The notes under the pieces: generated by a model
Told to the model about the DNA's origin: nothing
Seen by the model: only the letters and a program-made list of their open reading frames with translations
The model's database searches: none
Assembly: GCF_022539665.2 (NCBI RefSeq)
Contig: NC_081331.1
Coordinates: 7,068,001-7,132,000, forward strand
Length of the DNA: 64,000 nt
Direction: 5' to 3'
Source of the DNA: Daphnia carinata
Lineage: Eukaryota
Translations under genes and position numbers: made by a program
Part shown: positions 37,832-55,300 of the stretch, piece by piece
How positions within the stretch are numbered: position 1 is the first letter of the stretch
Layout of the letters: every line of letters begins with the position of its first letter

Positions 37832-40011
37832 GGAATTTGAACTGGACTATTCAAACTTTTGAAATTCCTCATAGAAAATAAAAATATGAACTTCATTGTC
37901 GTTCTTTAATTCTCCCTCGTGATCATGACTAACAATAATTTTTTTAATTTTTTTTTTCTCATTAAAATTTGAATTACTTTTTTTTCCAAATCTTTCATCT
38001 CGTTTCTCTCCCCGAGTATGAGTGGTCTTTGCGGGCGCCATGTAAGTGAGTGTAGACATTTTTTAAAACATTTTTTCTTTACTCTTGATTGATCGGGCTA
38101 TCCGAAACGTTATTTCATAACGGCAATATCAATCACGTAAGTACGTTTAAACACTGATGTGGTCAGTTCTCTTTCTTTTGCTATCACCAATCTCACTCTC
38201 TAGTGTACTATAATTTTAAGTAACTGGGCGTTTATGTGAATGTAGTTGGTTCGTCCTCTCCGTCTCGCTGAATGAGAACAATACAAAGGCAAGTCCCATC
38301 AAACCACATTTTAAATATATTAATCGTAATACAGCATCTATTAGTCCTTGAAAAAAAAGGTAAGGTTTCATGTATGTTGCCTATGCAGCTAAGCCGTTGT
38401 TTATTTTGGTGTCTAGGTGTATTGCCCTTGTGAAACGCCTTTTTTCTTGTTTCGGTTCATACAGGACCATAAATAAAATCTTGAAAATTTAAGATTCATC
38501 GTGAACCGGGGTGCACGATGTCCTCCTTGCTAGACTACTGCAGTGGTGGCTCTGTAAAAGGTCCATTTTTTTATAATAAAAATATTCAAACATATGTTGA
38601 AGGAAGCAAATGAAGAAAAAATAAAAAAAATAATGAGATTAACTGCTGGTTTCTATGATTAGGATATTTTTTCTTCTTCATGTGTTAATTGTCATCGATA
38701 TGTACGCTGCATCGCCGTTTAGTAAAATGGTACAAATATGGTACAGTTAAACTTGCATATGAAAAGGATTGAAATTTTATGAAAGTGTTAAATTCATACT
38801 TATTATTCGTTGATAGTTTCTGGCTGTCATTTTTCAAAACAATGGAAGATCGTACCTTTTCGCACAAAAACAAACAAACTGAACCGGTAGATTGCAAAAG
38901 TTCCAAAACAGATCGCACAAGATCGCCTATTTTTCCGGGAGATCAGATTGGCAATTATAGGGTAAATCGGATCCGTTTACCCGATTACAGCAGATTGAAC
39001 AGTCAACGAACAAATACAACGGGCGAGTTAAGGTACAGGTGAACGAAATAGGGGACGGCCAGATATAAAGGTTTGGCGAGTACAGACAACCGGGTAAGAG
39101 GCAGAATCAAACAAAGTTCGTCGGGCTGAGACTGCGAGCAGGTCGACGGGCAGAGACAGCGAAAGGGTTGACAGGCATAAAAATTAAAATGGTGGACTGA
39201 CAAAAAAAAACCGTGATCCCCGTTCAGGCGCAAATCACGTAGAGATGATCACGGCAAACATATACGTTAGCGCCACGTACCCTCCGGCCTTGAACGAGGC
39301 GAAGGTAACTTGTGCGTATTCCATATGGAATTCGTGCTGTTGTTGAAGTTTGTGTTGAGCAGCTGTGAAGACATAGACAAGACCTCCTCTGTGGACCCTA
39401 TCGTTCGTGGGATATTGCTTGGTGTTTAAAGAATTCAAACCTGGACAACGCTAAAAAAATTAAAATATTGTTGATATACGTAGCTAAATTATATTAATAG
39501 CTAATAAATATTACTAGGATGCCTACTTACTAACCTGCTAGCCGTACGCCCTACTGGTGTGAAAACAAAAACTTTTGGTGTCGAGGAGGGTCACATCGGC
39601 CGATGATTAGCTGCCTGCATCCATGAACCTAGTAGCTATGGGGAGAACTTACGAACAACCTACGAGTTCCGATTACCTCTTCTCTACCTCAGTAGCGATC
39701 TTCAACATGTAGTAAACGGTACTACAGATCGATATGAAACGTCTGTATACGTGTCTTTTGTGTGTATTTTTTGAATGTGCCATTTTTAGCCCCTTTATAG
39801 TAGGCATGGCTCTCCTTTCTTCTTCCTTCTTTTTCTACTTCTTTTTTTCTTTCTTGGTATGATTTCCGAAGCGATGAGGGTGAAGAATCTTGCGAATCTG
39901 TTGCGATGAAGATGCTGAATGTTGCGATGAGATGAATGTCGAGTGGGGAGAGAGGGTGGGTGGGTGGGCGGAGTGGGAGGAGAGCGTGGAGGAAAGGGAG
40001 GGCTAGGAAAT

Positions 40012-40084
40012 TGGAGGTGGCGGGATTTGAACCCGGGACCGACAGAATACAAAGCGTGGGTGATAATCACCGCACATCCCAACC
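40012..40084 (-). pseudogene. Degenerate tRNA-like sequence (most like tRNA-Ala); tRNA pseudogene or tRNA-derived SINE head
   Basis: Minus strand GGTTGGGATGTGCGGTGATTATCACCCACGCTTTGTATTCTGTCGGTCCCGGGTTCAAATCCCGCCACCTCCA. The T-arm/B-box (CGGG-TTCAAAT-CCCG) is intact and the 3' end is Ala-like, but the acceptor, D and anticodon arms pair poorly. Confidence 0.6.
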
Positions 40085-40753
40085 AAATTTTGCTTTGGAT
40101 GTCACCCATTCAAATGGGCAGCTTATGTATATGATAACTAAATAAAGTAATAAGTGCGCTGTGGAATATTGCACGAGTGCCATATAACTTATATTATTAT
40201 TATAACTTATATTATAAAACTCACATCACATTATTTTGGTTTCCAGATTAAACGAAAACCACAATCATGTTCAGGGCGTGTGAGCCGAAATATTAGCGAT
40301 TCCTATTTCCGAAAGATATCGCAAATATACTACTTACGGTAATGTCAGATTCGATATTAAAGCAGTCACAGGTATCCCGATGCTGAGCCGAACCTTATAG
40401 ATCAGGGACCAAGTTCAATTTCCAAAACCAAACCAGTACTAGGGCTCGACAACGATATACCCATGGGTTAGCCGTTACCAGCTTACTATCGGAAGGTACT
40501 GGTGCGAAGGTGGAAAAAATTACTTTTAACGTGTGTCATGTCAGTACCTTCCTGTATTAAACTAGTCACGATCCGAGCCTTACTAAGTACAACTACGGGT
40601 AAGTCCACGTCCAGTCGTCTAGGTCTAGGGCTACGGTCCACGCACTACAGGATATTTTTGTAAAGTAGTGGCAACCTTGCATTGCATGGTGGTGATGTAT
40701 CAAAACAATTTTGATATTTCTTTTGCAGTTAACAGTTGAAACCAAGCAAAATC

Positions 40754-41878
40754 ATGGGTAAACCTCGAGATAAGGCAAGCAGTAACCTTAAAGGCAGAGG
40801 TGTAAGAAAAGGGGAAAACTCTGTGAAATCAGTACGTGGCAGAAAAACGGAATGGTCTGAGCAGTCAGAAGGAGTTTCCGTAGGTTTAGAACGATTGCAT
40901 GTCCATGAGAGTGATGAAGGAAGTGAAAGTGGTAAGAATAAACTTTAACTTTGTTATATTAAACAACCATGATGTTTTCCTTGGTTTTATGTAGGAACTG
41001 ATGATGGATCGTCGTCAAGTAGTGATGAACAGGCCCAATTCCCTGTAGCTATGTGGGACGTAGAGCAGGTGATTTAATCTTTTATATAATGTGTTTGAGA
41101 CTAATTCATTAATGAATTTTAATATATTTCTAGTGTGATCCAAAAAGGTGTTCTGGAAGAAAGCTTTCTCGTTTGGGAATGGTGAAAATTCTGCGCCTTG
41201 GTCAGAGGTTCAATGGTGTTGTTTGCTCACCTATGGGAGAAAAGGTATATTAGTTTATGTGCAAATTAGAATGTTTATTGCAATTTCTTTCATTTAGTGT
41301 GTTTCTCCCTCTGACCACCCTATCATTAATGAGCATGGTGCAGCTGTGATTGATTGTTCTTGGGCCAAAATCAATGAAACACCATTTCATAAAATGAAAT
41401 CTGCCAACCCAAGACTGTTACCGTATCTGGTTGCTGCAAATCCAGTAAACTATGGGAAACCATGTAAACTGTCATGTGTTGAAGCACTTGCAGCAGTATT
41501 CTACATTACTGGTTTTAGATGTTTTTATCTTCTCATATTAATATAACATTTAGAGAAAAATAGCATTTCAATACAGGCTATCAGGATTTGGCAAAAAATT
41601 ACCTTGCAAAATTTAAATGGGGAAAGACATTTATAGAACTCAACCAAGAGCTTCTTGATAAATATGCTGCTTGCAAAGATAGCACAGAAGTTGTCCAAGT
41701 TCAGCAACAACATATGAAGTTGTTAGACGAGGAAAGGAACCGCAACAGAGGTCTCTTAAAGCTTACCAGATTAAATTCATTGATTAAATTTTTTTTTTTT
41801 GTCAATTGTGTAGATGACATTGATTTGCCACCAGAGGTGTTAGATGAAACGAGTACTGATACTGAAGAAGATGAATAA
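40754..41878 (+). CDS. TSR3: 18S rRNA aminocarboxypropyltransferase TSR3, multi-exon
   Basis: [25 protein letters not shown]...SPMGEK|CVSPSD...IDCSWA...[28 protein letters not shown]...[24 protein letters not shown], with an acidic tail. Confidence 0.96.
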
Positions 41879-42149
41879 ACATGTAAATTATGGACTTTTC
41901 TTCTGGTTGGCGATGCATCAAAAATAAACTTATTCCGCCTTTGACAAGTGCAGGTTTTAAGTAGCTCACAGGCTCATAAACTGATTATCAAAGAAAGCTG
42001 CGCTACTTGGCCTAGAAATTAAATAAGATTTCAATTGAACAAACCATCTAGTACTAACAAGCAAATTCAGCAACAAAGCTTATTGATCTTTTTGGCTGAT
42101 CACCTTTTAATTTTTTCATCTTATGTAGCTTTTCCCGAATGTTAAACTT

Positions 42150-42500
42150 TATTTTAGCAGGTATAAGCGTTTGAATTAGGTTATAACAGGTGAGGTTTCA
42201 TCGAATTCCAAGCAAACATTTTTATGTAAATAGTGTAAAATAAGCCCGGCTTTTAAAATTGATTCTTTTTTCTTTTTTTTTTACAAAAACTTAAACTTCG
42301 ATGCTAAACATCATGTTCGTTTTTAATTGGAACCTATAATTTACGAGTTATTGAAATTCATATTGACGGAAAAAGAAAGATTTTATTGGGAATGATCATT
42401 TGGTTAAGGCAGGTTAGGTTTCATCGAATTTCAAATCAAATTTTTTTGCCATTTTAAAAAGAAGTCGGGCTAAAAAAGTCGGCCTTAAATTTGTGCTGTT
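42150..42500. repeat. Degenerate repeat related to the 8.8-10.2 kb array; two internal copies
   Basis: AGGT-AGGTTTCATCGAATT occurs twice (~42188, ~42411). Shares CATCGAATTCCAAG and AAGTCGGGCT...GTCGG motifs with the upstream array. Confidence 0.5.
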
Positions 42501-42835
42501 TCATCCTCATTTTCCCCCACAGAGTTGACAAAAAAGCTCTCCGATTCAGGCGGGCCCGAGTCCTATGTCGTTGCTTAGGCCGTACCTCGGGTGACTTGCC
42601 CCAGAAATTAAAATGGCCCGCTTGATAAGCGAAAAATCGACCCGATCAACATGGGGCCGAGCCCTACCTAACCGAACCTGTGCAATCAATTTTAAAAATA
42701 AGGTTAAGTCAACAAATACTATATCTGACAATGCCTTGTTGACCCATCCTTTGATTTCTTATTTTTTCAGTACGATTTCAATTTTCGTCGAACGTGGATC
42801 TTTGATGTTTTTGTGGTTAGGTCACTATACGGAAA

Positions 42836-44519
42836 ATGTCAGACTCTAAGATTTCGAAGCATAAAGAAACGTGCTCAGTTAAAGTGGAAGAGGCTTGCGT
42901 TAAGCCCGTGACTATGTCTTGGCGACCTTCTAAATCCAATTGTGAAGAAGGTACCCAAGAGTTGTCTAGAGCTCATTCTGGACAATGGATTCTTAAAATT
43001 GATTGGAGCTATAAAAGTCTTAGCTCAGTGCCAGAGTTTCTTCCAAATTACCAGTTGTGCACTACTTTGAATCTATCAGGGAACAACTTAAATGGGGCTA
43101 TTGACTGGCTAATTCACCTGAAAAGGCTTGAATTACTAGATCTGTCAAGAAACAAGTTTTCCAAAATAGCAGATGCTTGTGGAAGTGTTTCAACTTTGAA
43201 ACATTTAGATGTCAGCTATAATTTACTTAGTAAGCTACCAGAATGGATTTTACTTTTGCAAAAAGTAAAGAAGTTGAATATTAGCTGCAACCCACTTGAA
43301 AAGTCATTCCATATTCACTTAAAGAAAGCCAAATGGAAAAGTGTAGAGATATGCAATCTAGAAAATGTGAATTTAGTTTCTATTCCAGATTGCTTACAGT
43401 CAGCCTACTGTCTCAAAGAGTTGTATTTGGGGAATGTAAACAACAAGTATTTCCATAAACCAATGTTTTATCAGAACAATGCTCTTTGGAGAATTCCTGA
43501 ATGGCTGCCATCTTCACTTTCCATACTTGATCTTAGCTATGTCCACTTATCAAATTTTGGGTATGATTGGAAGCAGTTACCAAATTTAAAAGAACTGAGA
43601 GTCAGAGGAAATGTAAACTATATAATTATATAATTAATTTACTCAAATTTCATCATTAAAAAAATATTGACTTCCTGTAGGATTTATTCTGGCCTTCAGA
43701 TGATTTCACCATTTTGACAAAGCTTGAAATGTGTGATTTTAGTTGTTGTAAAATGTTCCTATTGCCCAAAGATTTTGGATGTCTCAGGAACCTTTGTTTT
43801 ATAAATTTGTCTTTCAACAAGTTGACTGTGTTGCCACAGTCTTTTGAACAATTCTACAGCTTGTATCATTTGGATCTTTATCATGCTGGACTTGAAACCA
43901 TTGAATGCAACTTGACCCAGCTACCTAGGTATGTGAGGAAAAAAATGAAGCTCTGCAGGAACTTTACTTCAATGTTAAATTAATTCTTTAAAGACGAAAT
44001 CTATGCTGTTGCGTTTTTCATAGGTTAGTGGAATGTGATTTATGGATGAACTTAGTTGATCCTTTGGGGTGTCTTCCGAATCACTCAGATTTGTGCAGCT
44101 GTCTCCGTGAATGTTTATTTCCTTACGAAAGGGAGATTCGCCTTGATGAGAGAAATAGCCCTTCGGTTGCTTCTGAGGACGTAGAGAGGAGTAGCGAAGG
44201 TAAGATTCGTTGTAGGAGAAATAAACGTTATATCAATTGTTGAAAACCCATAGAATTTGACGCGGAAATTAACGATCCATCTGAGGTGACTGCATCGTCG
44301 ACAGGAACTGGCGTTGAAGAGTCGTGGGATGACGAAGTATTTTGTGATTACGAAGCTGATATCGAACCGACATGGCATGTCCCACAGTTTTCCAGTGGAC
44401 AGAAAAAAAGTGTTAATGACGATTACTTTTTCCTGCCGTCTGAGTTACACGCAGCTTCGTGTAAGCTACCACCGAATCAGTTCAACATTATTCATGGTCA
44501 ATTTGACGACATTGAATGA
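42836..44519 (+). CDS. Leucine-rich-repeat protein of unassigned family; exons ~42836-43612, 43681-43928, ~44024-44199, ~44254-44519
   Basis: Repeated LxxLxLxxNxL units (TTLNLSGNNL, LELLDLSRNKF, LKHLDVSYNLL, VKKLNISCNPL, LCFINLSFNKL) across GT-AG joined ORFs; acidic tail ends HGQFDDIE*. Confidence 0.82.
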
Positions 44520-44654
44520 AAATATACTATGATATGGTATAAATTGGTTTCTATTTGCCAGACTATTTTTAAATTACATACAATAAACGCAGCTTTGCCG
44601 TCGTAATTAAAACGTCATCACTAGGAAAAAGGTCCAGCTTACTTACTTGCTACT

Positions 44655-48073
<3,419 letters not shown>

Positions 48074-49547
48074 TTTCGCTGATCAGCTGCTAAGTCTGCT
48101 AGCGATGTGAATACGGAAAAAACCAACTTCCGACACGATTGTGACGGCAGACATTGCCACATATATTATTTCAACTACTTTTTCCACACGACCAATTCAC
48201 TTGCAATCGCACAACTCTGTTAATTGGCAGAATTGGACAGTATCAACAATTTGCTTACTTTTACATTGAAGGAAAACATAATTTACGACTAATAAACGAA
48301 ACGCAAATCGCCAAGGACACTTTGTTTCTGCCATCCATTTTTAACAGGCTTTTTAACGGATAGTAATAATAATTTTTTTTGGCATTTTTTGAATTTAAAA
48401 TATAACAATATTCTAAATTGTGGAGGGTTTTGCTGCTGATTTTTTGTTAGTTAGTATGTTTTTTTTGCGCTCAGTTAAGGATTTGGTATTGTGTCTAAAA
48501 TTCGATTTGCCTGTTCATAAATAAAAGGTTGGAGAAAGAGGACGCATCTCAGTCTGCAGTGCGATGCTATGGTCTTAGTTTTTTAATGTAGAACCATACG
48601 GAGCGATGGTTTACTTGTGTAAACAATTGACCTATAACAATAAGAGAGTGGCAGATGTTACAAATGGGCTGACAAATACTACATCGTTTTCTGCAGGATC
48701 CAGTATGTTGGACACTACCATATATGTAATTAATCCTGTATTTGCACACACATAAGAGAAGCACAGCAGAACCTTATAGATTTTCAATAGATACAGATGA
48801 TTGACAGAAAGGTGACAGTTAGTATTATAGCAAGTGTTGATGTACACACAGGTGTATGTCATATCATGGCCGTCTGGTGTAGTGGCTGCATCCTTGAACA
48901 GTCAATGCTATGCCGTACTACTCTCACACTATTCATTGCATGAGATTGCCAACTAAATGGTGAAAGATGATGATGTAAGTATACAGCGTACGGAAAATGC
49001 CTCACCCTAACTGACCATCAGATTCGAACACAGCTCTACCACTAAAAAGTATTTATTTTCCCAGAAATATCTTACTTTAAATACTACAACCAAAAACGAC
49101 ATAATTTGCGGCATCATAGCCTACGTTAATGACTGTATATTAATAATAAGGTATACGATGACAAAGCAAAAGACGGGCAAATATGACGGTCACGCATTTC
49201 TAAATAAGGGCACACTAGACAAATTTCAATACAACACAAACAGAAGCATATTTTAAAGCCTTCTAATATTAAGAAGCTTGTATACAGTAAATTATCGATC
49301 CGATTGAAAATAAATAAAATAACTAACATTAAGGTGGTCACGAACATTGACTGAGTTTAAATATACATAAAAGTTTTTTTTTATTTTAGTTTTTTTTCCA
49401 TTCTATGTTAAAAAGCGACCGAACTTTTTATCCTGCGGAGGATCAAAATGTATATATGGAACTGTTATGGGATAACGTTACAAGCGATCTTGACAGACTC
49501 GTTCATAGACGATCTCCAATTGTCTTAAATTGTGCCAGAAAACTAGT

Positions 49548-52388
<2,841 letters not shown>

Positions 52389-55300
52389 TTATTTTTTTTT
52401 TTTAATTGTATTCAAAATTAAATTGCTTATGGGAGTGAAATTGAAAAAAAAAATGGAGTCTCTTCTTATATTTAAGCTTAAAAAATCTGCAACCTAATAA
52501 AAAAACCAATGCAATTCTGCGGTAAGGGGCAGAAATGCTTCTTGTTGTAAATAGATTGCAATTGCCTAGCCGTCGGACGTAGCCAAAAACTCACAGATGG
52601 GACCCAATAGGTTTATAGATTGCTAGGAGATCTTTTGAAGCCCCTATCGATGATCTAAGGATTACACAAGGATGAAGAGGGTTGTGGCAAGCCAGAGATG
52701 ATGACAGCTTGAACGTCATCCCTATAGAAAACGAAAATTCTTCTTTTTCTTTTTTTTTTCATCGTGTCATGTGAATACTGTACAGTCCACTGCGCCAGGA
52801 TTAGGAACCAAGCCTACAATCACTTATGGCGAACTCATCATTTTTCCGTCGGCAGGGCCTATTGTGTTGGACATCGTGGTCAGCTCTGCTTCTTCAGTTG
52901 CCTCGACCTTGATTATATCCCCTAGATCATTCCAATTTCTGAACGTTCTCGCCCTTTTGTACCATTTGGGCTCTACATTAGTAATGAATAAAATCTTCTA
53001 TATAGGTGGAGTAAGATAAAATGGTACATGCGCTGCGTATTTTCGTTCCATTAAATCGCCGACAATGCAACACAACGTTAACCCCAATTTATAACGTACA
53101 TACAGTATATTTTTTTCCAAGTTATTTGTATCGAGCGTTTATTTATTATTTATTTGCCGTCACTTACCCCCACCCGCTTTTTATTATGTAAATTGCAATG
53201 GCCATACCACCACGGTTTTCTTTGTACTACTCCCTAGGACAACTTCCAACTACTGCATAGACTGCAGCGTTTATTGTTATTAGGTAACATACAGCTCTTT
53301 GGTTTCGCCTCCCTTGCGAGAAAGGCCAATTTAGAAACCCTTTGCCACTCGTTTGTCCCCCCTCGTTTTTTTTCCCTCTATTGTATGTTCAGCCCTTATA
53401 CGGATATCAAGGTATCATTGACGATGAATGAATTTGACACTATAAAATGCCAAGCTTTACAGTTTATGATAATCGTCGCAATTGGCTTTTTAAGCAAGGC
53501 ACCCAATCTATCAAATAGCTGAATCGTGTATTAGTGATAGATTGCCCGTCGCTGTCGACGCCGTTGAAAACATGGCTGTCGATTGTCTGCGATCCCGAGT
53601 GTACGACATCTGGCTTTTCGGGCTAGCCCGCGTGCCATACCAGCCATTGTATATTCATTACTTTATCGAGCGAAAATGGGCGTAACCCTGACGACAAGGT
53701 TTCACCTTAAATCCTTGACATAAATAACTGTGAAAAAAAACAACAACTGTACAATACATCAAAACATTATCATAGAAATCGCCTGTTTGCTTTTCTATTT
53801 TCCCTTGCCTTTACTACGCATCTCAGAAAGTTGATTTCAAAGTTGATTTGAGTGGATGGTGATGTATGTCGACTTTAAAATGTGAAAAAAAGAAAGCCTC
53901 GAATTTGGGTCGATTTTACTCGTAGACGAACAAGTTGACCGACTAGTTTTCCTATCCATTGTCTGGCTGCGCAGCTTAGCTTTACTTGTAGACGGGAACG
54001 GAGTCATCGTTTCCGCAGACTCGAGAGATACACTATTGGACCACTTTAACCGATTTCATTTGCATTTGTATGTGCGTCTCAGCTTCTATATGAGCTGCCA
54101 GTGTTTCTTTCCTGCCGGCGTTTGTTAGCTTTCGTACGAACTTGCAACCAGAACCAACTTTTTTGGGAAGCGACACGGTCTGCCACTTAGGTCCGATCAA
54201 ATCATCCTAACCCCTGCTTGATGTGTCTCCGTTTCTTCACTTTTTTTTATACATGTATTTATTTTATTGTGACTCTTTCTGTGTTTGAATGTGTTTGTGT
54301 TAGAAAAGAGGGTTCACAATCCATTATTCTGCGGCGTTCGCGTATCCCCTCGCCCCCTCCCGCACCGCCCCCTTTGCAGTGTACAGTAAAACTGCTGTCT
54401 GTGCTATACACACGGATCAGTCAGTTGAATAGGAGATGTAAAGCCATCCCAGGATTTAAAATCATTCAATCAATCCCCTTCTCACTCCTTCCTGCCTATC
54501 TCTCTTTGTTCACGTCTCCTTTTCTATTTACTCCCTTTTTCCCATTGTATGCGTGTCGACTGTAATGAGTAAATCGATTGATTTTATCATCGAAATAACG
54601 TTAGTTGTAAGCCGAACAGTCAGCTATGTCCACTGCGTTACTTACGTAGGTGCTTTTTAACAAAAGAATTTTGATAAAATACCCAGTTTTTTTTTGTTCA
54701 TTCCTTAACTTGATATTTGGCTGGTCTGAAATTTTTCTTAAATCTGATTTATACCCGAAGCAACTTTAAAAAATATTGCATTTCATTAGATTTCATTAAA
54801 TTCGTTTATCGACAATGATTTTCCCTATCCCGCCAAGAAAAATATAAACTGGAAGATCGCGCATTGACTTTAATAAAACAGTAGCCTACTTCGTTTTTCA
54901 TCCCATCGCTGTCGCTGTACAACAAACAACTCGGTACAATTTAAACTAACCGTTTAGCTGGATAAATGGGTAAACGTTTTTCATCGCTTTAACTGTGACC
55001 CAAAAAGTAAAAGTACATTCATTAAATGCATCTTGTCTTTTTATTTTTAGTATTACATGACTATAAAGATTCGGGTGTGCGACCGACATTTGCAATGATA
55101 TTTCCCCAAAATCCTAATTGGACAAACTAGCTCAGTACATTGATTTCATTTTCTGAATAGATGGAAGATTCACACCGGAATGAAGTGTGTACACTGCTGT
55201 ACTACTAAAGGCGAAGGGAGGTGGAGCATTGGTTGGTTAAGGATATTGAAGAGGATTACTTGGCCTACTCTGTGAATTTGTACGGACGACGTGGTGGGAG

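Noticed and set aside
40012..40084. Functional tRNA gene
   Set aside because: Acceptor, D and anticodon stems do not pair properly; kept only as a pseudogene or SINE head.
48957..49019. C/D snoRNA (ATGATGA...CTGA with short terminal stem)
   Set aside because: Only ~50 nt between boxes, intergenic, and no recognisable rRNA guide.
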